From Takakia lepidozioides (Eukaryota; Plantae; Bryophyta): a stretch of DNA of 64,000 nucleotides. The notes beneath the pieces were generated by a model. The model did no database searches. It saw only the letters and a program-made list of their open reading frames with translations, and was not told the DNA's origin. Made by a program: the position numbers and the translations under genes. This document shows, in pieces, positions 51,301 to 62,631 of this stretch (positions are counted from its first letter, which is position 1; each line of letters starts with the position of its first letter). The stretch spans positions 8,556,001 to 8,620,000 of the forward strand of contig CM060731.1 of NCBI GenBank assembly GCA_030704615.1. Direction: 5' to 3'.

Positions 51301-53002
51301 CCCATAATAAGTCGTACACCACACCCACTTAAATATTCCCCTATTGTAAGACCCCTCACGCCACTTGAAGTCCCACAAACAGCATAATTGAGGGTCATTG
51401 CTTGTTTGAGGGCCTATGTGCTCAAGGGTCCCTCGGCCCCTACGAGTTCCCAATGGTTACCATTGTCATAATACCGCATGATGTTGTTGTCCAATCCTTC
51501 AACAATATTCCGTCAACCATTCGTTATTTGATAGAAAATGTGTTGAGTAGTAGGCTATGTAAATCCATTGCAATCTTATTTGTGCAAATCTTATTTTACT
51601 TCAACATAATGTCAAAGTATCATTTCCCTTGAATTATTATAATTACTTTTTTCTTAGTGCAAGCTTCATCTTCTTGAAAGTTTTAGGGGCTTTGTGATGG
51701 ATGAGCAACGGTAGTGGACTCAAGCAGGAACCAATACTATATATGCGTTATACAGAGATTTGCAGTTGGGGCTACTCAAATTGGATATTCTCCATCATCA
51801 GTGGAAACATGTACTTCATCTCTCTTTTCATAATTTAGAAGTAGCTAGATTTCTTGTTCTATAATGACTCCAGATGCAAATGTCAACATTCATATATTCT
51901 AGAATCAAAATCATACTAGTGTACTAACATACTAGTTCCAAATTTTGACATTAAAATTCGAGGAGGGCCTCTGTTAGAGTTCCATCAGCATGTTGATCAA
52001 TACATGTTAGCATATATCTCAATCACAAAAAACGCGAAAAGAGTTGATAAAAGATATTGTTGTAATTATAGGTATTTTTGTAGATGTCCTTATATAGAGA
52101 CTACTAAAATCAGTAATTAAATGTAATTGACAACATAGGACATTCAACCAAGACCATCGGCTCATCACTGGACAGGTGTGTAGTACCTAATAGCTACCAT
52201 GCTATAATTCAATTAAAATAAATTATATTTCTGATTGCAAAATAGATATAAATGATGGTGTTGGCATTCCATCCAGACTGTAGCACCATTATGTTTTAAA
52301 GTGGACATCTTCTAAGGGTTATAACTTGCAATGACACAAAAGTCCATAAATACCCGTAGAACCCAGTGACCTATTTTTATAAGTGACCTATTTTTATAGC
52401 TGATGTTCGCTACAATGGGTAACAATATCCAATATACGCTTAGGTGGTTTTAAACCCACAGCCATTTATCAACAAAAGAGGGATCAACTCCGGGGTCTAG
52501 TTTAGATACACCACAATATGAAGTGCATGCAATAGATTGATAATTACATATGACACCTCCCAAAGGCAGCATAAATTATGGTGTCTCTCGACCCCAGAGG
52601 GCTACTGCCTTTTGGTGTGACGGTGGACACCTTTCAGACACCAATTGGTGGATTGTGCCCATTACCACTAGGCTATAACTTGCTTGTTGACCTAATTGTG
52701 CCATAAACATTGTCTGCCACGGATGCTGATGCTACATATATAGACACACACACACACACACATCCTAATTTCAATTGCATAAACTTAATTAAATATATGA
52801 CAAAGTCATTATTCATAAATGGGGATAAACTTACATATGGTCGTATTAACAATTCATGTGGTGTTATGTCAATCATAGCAACATGAGCTTTACATTATTC
52901 GGGTTCAAATGCAATATGATTCAAAAACATGTATTTCTTTTAGTGCAGGGTATGGAAATTGCGCAGGTCATTGAAATGTTTGTGAATCAAATGCAAATTT
53001 AA
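41024..53002 (+). CDS. MyTH4-FERM domain protein without a motor domain, 16 exons, ~620 aa (N-terminus may extend upstream)
   Basis: Exons 41024-41280, 41732-41864, 42044-42110, 42820-42967, 43768-43864, 44117-44248, 44548-44598, 45233-45344, 46569-46711, 47540-47689, 48804-48928, 49696-49885, 50053-50136, 51728-51810, 52139-52175 and 52949-53002. All introns are GT-AG with matching phases, giving 1863 nt with no internal stop. MyTH4: LRDEIYCQLCKQT.NNP, GWQLM.LC..SF, G.R.FLPS.DEI.A. FERM: IF.PDG, LIIKRKLF, DYSQA...I.SG.Y, PLY.S.WF.VK, VAVN..GVHF, I.SWG, G.EI...IE.FV. Confidence 0.85.
45655..45765 (-). mobile_element. Short copy of a tRNA-like SINE family (intronic)
   Basis: ...AGGGCACAAG...GGGTTCAAACTACATGTTAGATGTTA is shared with the copies at 46155-46400 and 47872-48130. 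Confidence 0.45.
46155..46400 (-). mobile_element. tRNA-like SINE family copy (intronic)
   Basis: TGGTTAG (A-box-like)...CACAAGGCCGCCTTAC...CATGGGTTCCAAATC (B-box-like)...GCCATTAGAATGTGTTAAC, homologous to 47872-48130. Confidence 0.55.
47872..48130 (+). mobile_element. tRNA-like SINE family copy (intronic)
   Basis: CAGTGGTTAG A-box-like and GGTTCAAACC B-box-like motifs at tRNA-like spacing, followed by a body shared with 46155-46400. Confidence 0.55.
50341..50545. mobile_element. ~205-bp MITE-like palindromic element (intronic)
   Basis: Imperfect terminal inverted repeats AGGGC...CGTAAAGCACTGCCA / TGGTAGTGCTTTACG...GCCCT, plus an internal hairpin GGTGCATTCC...GGAATGCACC. Confidence 0.5.
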
Positions 53003-53944
53003 AAGTTTATTCGGAATGGTCCAACTCAAAAATGCAACATAATTTTTTTTTTAAATTGTGAAAATAAATTCTATCTTCAAAAAAAATTTATCCCTCATGA
53101 GTACATGTGGTTCATATACCACGACTTCCAAGACATACTCATTAAACAAATTAAAGTTGAAGTTGAAGTTGAAAGTGATAAGTGAGTATGATAAGTCATG
53201 AATAAGATATATCGTTTCACAATTTTTCATGAAAAGAAAAGTAACTTATCAAAGACAAAGCTACAGTGGCACCATTATGAAGATACTAAATGCCATGAAA
53301 GAAGATCACTAAGTGTTGGTCTGGTATCTTGAATTGGAAATACTAGAATGGTCATGGTATGTAGTACTATTTTTTCTTTTGGCAGGCAGGTTTTCCAATA
53401 ATTCAGCCCTTGAATTTCAAATATGAATCTGGTATGCATAGGTGGTTTTCGAGAAAAAAAAATCAATCCGGATATGAGCAATGGTATTTTGAATGTCAAC
53501 AACCTAGAAATATGAACTCGGATATGGTTTTTTAAAATAATAATAAAATAAAAACGGTACTTGTATTCAAATTCAAATTCGATATTGAAATGGCCATCTG
53601 AATATAGCCCAAATGACCCATTCTAGTATTGAAATGGCCATTTGAATTATTCAAATATCCATTTCAATAGCCCTCATACATCATAGAGGTTGGGTGATGT
53701 GAGCACAAGGAAACCTCCTCATCTCATATGGTCCTACCCAACGAGGCGCTCATAAACACATGAAAGCCTGCATCCATAATGTCTATATGTGCATATCAAC
53801 ATGATACCTGAACAGATTTGCAGTGACGAGTCGAGCTCTGATATGGGGCAGGGAAAGGAACTCGAGAACCTTCCGGTAAGGTATTGCGAACATTTACGGG
53901 AACAGAGAACAGTAGGTTGGTTTAGGAGATACCCGGGTTGATAC

Positions 53945-54860
53945 CAGTGTTGGGCGGTTATTTATTTATTTTGCTAATAGGCGGTTGCGGTTAGATTGGA
54001 ATTCAATATTGAAAGAACCTTGTAGGCCGGTTACTTCAATTTATTGACTTTCTAATGACCTGCCAGTTGCGGTTAAGAGTGACATGTTTTTTTGGCCGGA
54101 TATCCATAAATCCGGTTATCATTTTCGCTATAACTAAGGGTTATATAACCGGTTTTATTTATTTAAAAATAGAATTGGAACTACAGCTAAAAACATAAAT
54201 ATTTTTTCAAGCCTGCATTAGTACAAATAGATCTGGCCGGCATATATATTTTAACACATGCATCTGTAATTACAAAATGAATTGGGCTCATCCAAGGGTG
54301 ATCTCAAAAAATACCATGCCCTATCATAATATTTCAATGCCCTGGCAAGCTCATTCATGAATATTCTAGGTCAGGAAATTACTCCCGCTCAACAACATCC
54401 TCAAATTCCTCCTCGAATTGTTCCGCTAAGTCAAATTCAACTCTTTCAAATGATTCAAATCCTTGTTGGTAGAACACCCAAGTCTAGGATCATCAGGCCA
54501 ATTTTTCGCCACAAAGATCATCTTGTCCAAATTATCCGTTTGTAAACGACAACGGCGGAGTGCTATAAGAATTCCAGCAATGGAAAAGATTCGTTCTGTC
54601 TCAATTTGAGACCCAACGATAGCAAGAATTTGTCGTGTCTAGTAAGCCAATGTCATTGGTCTTCCACCAAAGCAATGGAGCTTTGCATTGTTCCTCGTCA
54701 AGTGCACAACGCCTGAATAAGGAAACCTCACGATCTACTATCTCTCGGGTAGTTTCAGCACTAGTTTCTGCAGTAGCAAATAGATCATGGTTGCTTCCCA
54801 TCAACTGTGTTGGAACAAGATTCAATAGGTCCGGACAACATACCACTTCAGCAACATGGG
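53945..54860 (-). mobile_element. hAT element 3' end with transposase dimerisation-domain relic
   Basis: TIR CAGTGTTGGGCGGTT at 53945 and CGGTT subterminal motifs. On the minus strand: PLLWWK...LAIVGSQIETERIFSIAG....RRCRL..DNLDKMIFV.KNWP. Confidence 0.85.
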
Positions 54861-57096
54861 CTGTAAAAAATGCTCATCATACTGTCCCACTACACGCATG
54901 GCTACATCCCGACCCACCAAACTTGAGACTAGGCCAAGGCCTTTGAAACATGGATCTAGCATCAAAGCGTGTGTGTGTGTTGTTCAAGTGTGTGATAACC
55001 CATCCATAAGTGTGGTGGCCCTCTTGGCGAGCGTGAAATTTCTAAGCATGGAGCTGGATCTGGCGAAAGAAATCCCCGTGATTTTTTGGGATCAGAGTGG
55101 GTGCTTCCAGCCTCGCTGTTGAATGCACTGGAGGAGCGCTTGTTGTGCGGGCTGAGAGTCAATGGCTGTGCAGGAGGCACCTGAGTGTCATGGAGCTGGG
55201 TCACCCGTTGATTCTGTGTTGATGGTGCTGGGATTGGGGCAGGTTTGTCGTGGACGTGAGCACTGCGAGACTTTGTCTTGTTTTGTGTCGAGTTTGGTAT
55301 GCTTGTGGAGTGGCGAAGAATTATTCGTCAGATAAGTGCATATCACTGACTTCCTCGTCGTCATCAAAGTGATGGGACATTTCTACATCTGCGTCGTTGT
55401 GGTGCCCCATTTTTGCCGAGAGTCGCTGAGCAAGGAAGTTCACTGGAGATTTAGAGCTGAACGTAGCCTTCCATTTGTGCCTTGGCTGTTTTTGGATACT
55501 CCTCGAGCTTTTTTGGATACTACTAGATTTATTGCTAGACATGCGTGGAATTGAAGAGATTGAGTGAGGAGGGGAGATAGGGGCTATGTTGAGCCTACAA
55601 AGTTTGTCACTGCCTGAAGAGTGAAGGTGAGAGTGTGGGGTAGAGATAGAGAGAGGGCAGAGGAGGGGTTGTGAGTGAAGCAGTAGAATATCTATAAGGA
55701 GAGAAATCGTTTGTGGACTAGCTGTGAAGGCGCCAATGTGATAACCACTCTTGATTGTGCCGTTAGAGTGACACCGAATAAGACATGTGTTGGCTGCAGG
55801 CTGGGGCCATGACGGTGGAGGTTTTACGGCGGTGTGTAGGAGGTCATTATGTAGTTCATGGCAGAGTGGGGATGGGGTGACAATGTCATATTGTGTAGGG
55901 GCCGAAAAGAACGGCGGAGGTATGCTCTGAGCGTAGGGTGCTTTGATGAGGAAGGGCAGGAGTATTCGCTGTAGAGGAGGGAGCGTCTGGGGAAGTGAAT
56001 GTTTTTGGTAGATCATGTATATGGGGCTTGCTGCACCGTTTTCCTGGCCGTTGGTGATTATGGTGTGGCAGGGAGGTAAATTAAATGTCGTTGCAGGGAG
56101 CATTGGTGTGGAATCTGAGAGCTCGTAATTAATGGTGTGTGGCTGCTGTGGAGGAGAATCATGATATGTGATGAACGAGGTGAAGTAATGTGGCGGTGGC
56201 CTAGATTTGGGAAAGTGGGGTATAAGGGTGGGGAAGTTTGAGTAATTCCCAGCAGTTCCATGACGCATGTACATTTGTTGTTGTATGTGTGGGTGTGGGT
56301 GGGGCAGGAGAGGTCGTATGATTACTGTGGAGACGTGCCAAATTGTGGTGTAACGCAGGAGCGAGTATCCTAATACATGGTGGGCTACTCGCCTTAGTGG
56401 ATGCGTAGGCGCTAGCAAACTGGCAGAGTTTGTCGGGTAAACGCATGATATAGGGCAAACATTGATTACATAGAGGCAGTAAAATTGAGGGGAGAGATCC
56501 TTGTAGAGTTGGTAAGGCCTGATACAGAAACACCTTTTGTGGGTTATCAGGTAGGGATGTGGGGTGGTTTGTGTCAGTTCGTGATACTTTGGGATAGAAG
56601 GTGTGGTGTTTATAGAAGAATCGATGCAGGTGATACAAGGTAACACGGAATTTGTAGTATGTGTTGGGTGAGCCTAAGCAGTCCAGAGCATGTTAGTCGT
56701 AGACATGAAGTATGATATATTGTAAGGAAAGCATGCGATTGGCTTACAGTGTCTCGTTTTTACTAACACAGATTGTGGTGACTGACGACGCTCTGTAAGT
56801 ATAAAACTGAGGTACCAGGGGAAGGGCTCTTGGTAGACGGCATGTATAATTTGTTAATGAGTATGATGGAGCTTTTTTGGGCACCCTAAGACACAGAGAG
56901 GCAGCTCTCCATCGTGTCCAAACATTATGATTGGGTGGGAGATGATACTTGTGAGGGAGATGATACTTGTGAGGGTTGGATTTAAAAAAGGCTATATTGT
57001 ATTGCCGAGGGCCTTTGGGTGAGGCAATTAGTGAGAGAAAATGTTTGAGACAACAAGAATACAGATTTGACAGAAATTGCATACGAAGAACTTGTT

Positions 57097-57650
57097 GGGA
57101 TAAGTAAATAGTGGCAGTTCTGAGTGCCATGGAGATGAGGATGCCAATGTAAGGGGAGCCAATCTCTGGGGAAAATATAACATTTCCGAGAGCCTTGTGA
57201 GGGGGGTATGTGGAAGCAGGAGCAGACATTAACTAGATAGCGTCGGAGAAAAATATGCGATTGGGACTCAGACTGCATTAGATTATTGTTCCTAGAATCG
57301 TGTGGGGATAAGTATACAATAGCAGTATCGAGTGTCATGATTGAGATAACAGACATACGGGGTGGGACACAAACCACATTCGATTATAGGTCTGATAGCC
57401 ATGTGGGATAAGTAAATAGTGGCAGTTTTGAAAACCATGTAGATGATGATACCAATGTAAGGGGAGCCAATCGCTGGGGAGAGAACAGTGTTTCCGAGAG
57501 CCTTTTGAAGGAAGTCTGTGGGGGCACATGTGTGTAAAATAAAGATAACGTTCGAGAGAGCAATAGAGCGAATGGGACTAAGACTGCAATAGATTGTGAC
57601 TCCGAGAGCCGTGTAGATTAGTATGTGATAGCAGTATCGAGTGTCATGTA
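57097..57650. repeat. ~309-bp tandem duplication
   Basis: GGGATAAGTAAATAGTGGCAGTT...CCAATGTAAGGGGAGCCAATC...TTTCCGAGAGCCTT at 57097 and 57405, and GCAGTATCGAGTGTCATG at about 57322 and 57631. Confidence 0.8.
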
Positions 57651-57749
57651 ATTGGGGGGGACAATGCAAGGGAGAATGGTTAATGGGGAAAGGACTCCAT
57701 GAGATCACAGCAGCCAACATTTGATGTGCATCATTCAATCTCCTATGAG

Positions 57750-59237
57750 AGTAACTTTGGTGCCCTTGTGCTTGTGACACTTGAGCTGGTAGAGATATGG
57801 TGGCGTTCACATTGAGTATACATATCAGAAGCACGCCATGCTTGCCAAAAGTAGTTTTAGGATGGTGTTGATGGCGCTTCCAGTAAAGCTGGAGCTCACG
57901 GAACTGAATCAAGTTTTTGTGTAGCATTTGATGACAGGTTGTTGAAGCCTCCAGCCTGTCCTTCACTGCAACGGCCTCCTTGTCGTACTTGTACCGACGC
58001 TGTTTTTGGGCACTGGCTGGCAGACCTACTGGCAGCTTATTAACAAACTTGGGGCTAAAATCAGTTAAGTGATTGTCATGGATGTAGACCCCACTTCGGG
58101 CCCTAGAAACCACCCATTCATTCAGCCTATCAAGCAATCAATGTAAATCCATGAGACCATAACGCGTTCAGTCAACTGTCAAGCTTTGGCATGTAGCCTT
58201 TGTGCTCCCGCATTCGGCATACACTACAGGAAAAAAAAAAAAAAGGTGGGGGGGGGGGGGGGGGGGGGGGGGGGGCCGGGGGGGGGAACGACGTCGTCGG
58301 CCATCCGCAGCCTCGCCGCTGCGTCGTAAAACATCCATTTTCGGGCGGGGAAAAAAATCAAATTTGCGACGCTCGGGCGTCGCAATCCCGTCGCCAAAAA
58401 AAACGTTGCAAATTTGCGACCAATGAGGGTCGCAAATATGCGAAACCGCGATTTGCGACGCCCGCGCGTCCACAAAAAAAAAAAAAAAAAAAAAAACCTA
58501 CTGCCACTACTCCGCAATGCAGAACTAGCACCCGGCCGGGGGTCGCAAGGTGCGACGCCTGGACGTCACATTTAAGGGGTACATTTGAATTTAGGCGGAA
58601 AAATTTGGATTTGAATTTTGAATTTTAAACTTGTTGACCATTGACTCCCGCGTTGACCAATGGCGATATGTTCATGTTCTACCTTTATATATCATGCAAT
58701 GCATACTTGAACGCTAAGACCTCCACGTTATAATATTTCTAAGATACTACAAACTAAGCAACACACCTACGCTACATCTATGTATCACAAAAGTAATCTA
58801 AATATATATAAATACATATAAAGATTTCCTTCAAGTTCCTTCAAGTTTCTTCTAAGGGGGTCTCTCTTGTGACGTCGGGGAGTTGCAACCTCCACAGCCT
58901 TAGCGCCCAGCCCAGCTCCAGCCCCAGCCCCAGCAACGTCGTCGTTGTTGTACCCCCCACCGCCAGCCCCCCAAGTGACGTCTTTGTGTGGACCTAAGCT
59001 GACCACAACACCATTGCGACCCCCTGTGGTAACGCCGATGCGACCCCTGACGTCGCAACGTTGGCGTCCCAGCGCAGGGCGCCCCTAGCAACGCTTTAAT
59101 GAAGGTGAGGACCGCAAAGCCTAAAAAAAAAAAAAAACTTCCACTATGGTGATGCTGTTGCGACGCCCTGCGTCCGCAGAGGCGCTGGTGCACCCTTAGT
59201 GACGCTTTTGTGACGCCGAGGCGTCACAACGTCCAAA

Positions 59238-59268
<31 letters not shown>

Positions 59269-59605
59269 ATATATATATAATATATATTGGAATTTCCGAC
59301 GCCGGGCGTCGCAAGAAAAAAAATCCGTCGCAGCGAGTGCCCTCTTTCCCCCCTTCGTGCCACCCTACGAACGGCTGGGCATCGTAATGGTGTCGCAGCA
59401 GGGGATTGCGACGCGGGCTCTCGGCGTCGCTGGCTCAGCGCCGCGCGGCGTAGGGGCGCAGTCTGGCGTCGCAAACCCCCCCCCCCCTGTTGCCGTAGTA
59501 ATACGTGGCGGAGGGGCAGTCTTCAGATTGGTATCTTTCATAATGCTGGTTTTAATGATAACATCATGAACCTCTTGCCCCGATTCTCAGAGAATGTGTA
59601 CAAAC
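57750..59605 (-). pseudogene. Degenerate PLS-class PPR relic interrupted by a CACTA MITE and truncated by a hAT
   Basis: With 58222-59500 removed, the minus strand reads (allowing frameshifts) GQEVHDVIIK..IMKD..L.TA...YAECGS....Q..D....VSW, resembling PPR consensus G.EVH..IIK.G...D..V.TALVDMYAKCGS...AR.VFD.M..RDVVSW. Confidence 0.55.
58222..59500. mobile_element. Non-autonomous CACTA (En/Spm) element
   Basis: Starts CACTACAGG and ends CCGTAGTA (degenerate TIR), flanked by a 3-bp TSD ATA (58219-58221 and 59501-59503). Many GCGACGCC/GGCGTCGC subterminal repeats, plus poly-G, poly-A and (TA)n tracts. Confidence 0.85.
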
Positions 59606-62600
59606 CAGTGTTGGGCGGTTCTTGCCTTTGTGAAGGAACCTTCGGTTCCGGTTTCCACAAATTTTTGAAGAGACGGTTCCGGGTCCGGATCCGGTTATTT
59701 TTTATTAGGCGGTTCCGGTCCGGTTCAGGTTCTGACTTTTTAACATGGGGGCGGTTCCGGTTACCGGTTAGTTGCTGGAAAAAAAACGCCGGTTCCCGGT
59801 TAGGTTCCGGTTCTTTTTTAAAAATATATTAAATTCTTTTAATTTTTTATTCTTCTAGAAAATTAGATGAACTAATCTGATTGGTTCATACTGAGAATTT
59901 TCAACTAAAACCAGGGAATTTATTAGTAAAACAGAAGTAAATAAACTTATATGTTTTTTGTGATTGTCTTTTATGGTATATATAACTAGTTATATACGCA
60001 TGGTCTCCATTAAAAACGGAAAACCAGAGATTTTATAAGTTGTTGTATGGTGTAGCAAAGAACAACTAAAACAGACTAACTACATAAGGATCTTAATTCA
60101 AAATACAAAACAAATTAAACATGTGTAATTCTATGGTTACCTTTTATGGTGCAGCAAAAGCACAACTAAAAAAAACTACATAAATTTGTGTTTTATGGAT
60201 GATGCTTTGTCAATATAGCATATAACAAACTAAGTACACGGGATGTCACTGAAATTTTCAATAAAAATGACAAATAAAAACTCCAATCAAAGGAGTATAG
60301 TGTAATATGTTGAACAATTATTTGTCTCTAAGACAAATCAGTCTACCTCAAAGAGGTTTGCCTCTGCAATCAAGTCCTCATTCTCATCTAAGATGACTTC
60401 TTCCCTATCCAAAAACTCTTTCATGGAAGTACTAAAGCAACCAACTCTAGCATCATTTGGCCAATTCTTGACTACACTCACAAGCATATCAAGGTTTTCA
60501 ATATTTAACCTGCACCGTCTCAAGTTTGTTATGACACCTGCAATACTAAAAACCCTCTCAGCTTCAATCTGAGATCCAACTATGCCCAAAATTAGCCGTG
60601 CCAAAAATCCCACATACGGAAAGAGAGACTCGTGTTCTTTCCACCATTTCAAAGGAGCCACGCACTCACCTTCATTTATCTTCGTCCTTCTGAAATGTGA
60701 TAGTTGTTCTCTCACCACTGTCAATGTCATCATTGTGGTCATGCACACCAAATAAGGACATCTCGTCCATTGTGGCAGTGGGCTGTGATTGGGCCGAAGT
60801 ATCCGGATGTAAGACCTTGAAACACTTTACCAAAAGAGGCTCTAACACCATACTATCATATTGGGACACAATATGCAAAGCACGCTCTTTGCCCACATAT
60901 TGTGATACCAATGACAACCCCTTGTAACGTGGGTCAAGCATAAGTGCGAGCATATTGTGAGCTTTGCGCGATTGAAACCCTTCCAAAAAGAAAGAAATGG
61001 TTCCAAGACATATACCACCTCTCGAGCCATCCGCCATTCCAACAATGTCAACTCTGTTGAGAAATCCCCCATGCAATGATCCACAGTTGCAGCCCCCCAG
61101 CACTACTTCCTCGCATGCGAATTGTTGTGGCAATGGCTGCATTAAGAGCATCGGACAACAGCCAAAATCCCCCAGATTGATTCATAATGCACTCATGAAC
61201 CACAGGCCCTAGAACTGTAGAAATTGATTGGGCAATGGCCCACACTTGTGGACTTGGTATGCGAGATTGCAGTGCCAATGAGGTTTGCCTAGAGTAACAA
61301 GTGATTATGGCTTGCCTAAACTCCAAAGTCTCTTGGAAGAGGATCACCTTGGAAGCAAACCGTGTCTTCACCGGAGTCTTCAGTTTGCGGGGATGAATGC
61401 CGCTGTCCACACATGCCTTTGCCCATTCTTGTCTCCCTTTGCCACTTTTTTTGGTCCAAGTAATGGTTTTTTGCAACTCTGATTGGGCATTTTTTATAGA
61501 AACCGATCTCATATCTGCGCATACTTTTGCATCATTTGTTGCATACTGGCAACACTTGGACATTGCATGCCCAAAACAGCTACCCACAAATGGAGAATCC
61601 AACCCCAAACACGCACATGAGACCACCGAATTCAAAGCATTGGTCAAAGTGGCCAAGTTACCTCCCTCATCTTTGACGTAAGCAATAATGCGAGTATTGA
61701 GGTCATACTTCACAAGAAGATTGTTGACTTGATGTGCCATGGCAGCCCCAGATGTGTCAGGTGTCTCAAACATGCCAAGAGTCACATGACATTGCTCCCA
61801 CTGTTCATTAATAAAGTGCGCTATGATGACAAAAGTGTCAGTTCCCCCTCTTGACATCCACAAATCAAAACTCACGGAGCAAGTAGCACAACTTTGAAGA
61901 GATGGGGACATGTAGCGCTCTTTCGTCTTCTCTGCCAAGATTGGAATGGCCTCATTCACAAATGTCCGTCGAGAAGGGAAAACAATCCGAGGATTTTGCC
62001 TCAACACCATCCTTCTTAGCCAAGGGGATTCTACCAAAGACAGTGGAACCAACTCCTTTGCAATGAATAAGACTAAATCCTCATTGAACTGCTTCTGTTG
62101 ATCATCATTTTGGTTGTATGGAGTGGGGCTCCTAAAAAAAGAAGCTATGTTTCCAGGAGTGGGGCCGGGCCTCTTTTTGGCTGGCCTACGGGCCTTCTCA
62201 GGTCCAAGATTTTCCCTCTCAATCCACCTACGCAAAACAATGTCATGTTCTTGATCCACATGCTTTCGAAGGGCAGAGATACCATTGGTTTTATTATAGG
62301 TCACAATGCCCTTCTTGCTTTCAGGAGTGACACCAACAGGATGACATAGAACACACCTCATTTGTTGTGGATTTGTTATGTCCACTGGAGCAGAGTCTTT
62401 TGTTGCATAGAATGCCCATGTCGAAGCAGTGCGATTGTGGGGTTTCCAAAAATCCCGTTGTTTGTCAAGGATTGGGAGCTGCGCCTCCACATCCAACACC
62501 GTGTGTGATGGCGAAACTGTGGAAGATGACATTGCAGCCGAGGCTTGATGAGCTGATGTAAATGAGGCTTCATGATGAGCATCCTCCGCAACATGGCACT

Positions 62601-62631
62601 CCACCAAAGCTCTCTCATTATCAACATTCAT
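59606..62631 (-). mobile_element. hAT DNA transposon with near-complete BED-finger transposase (62631-60338, ~3 frameshifts) and 3' TIR
   Basis: BED finger (W.FY...RC.LC...ALRKHV..EH), SFDLW, KDEG.N, CFGH and TRF motifs, and dimerisation domain PLKWWK...SQIEAERVFS.AG. TIR CAGTGTTGGGCGGTT at 59606 with CGGTTCCGGT subterminal repeats. The 5' TIR was not found. Confidence 0.92.

Noticed and set aside
41024-53002. KCBP/ZWICHEL ortholog
   Set aside because: The frame stops right after FERM lobe 3, and no coiled coil, kinesin motor or calmodulin-binding region follows.
55321-56646. 441-aa ORF as a host protein-coding gene
   Set aside because: Low-complexity composition follows the strand bias and there is no domain motif. 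Kept only as an unclassified repeat-like finding.
58168-59832. GC-rich overlapping ORFs (poly-G/K/P/R)
   Set aside because: They are products of CACTA and hAT subterminal repeats and homopolymers.
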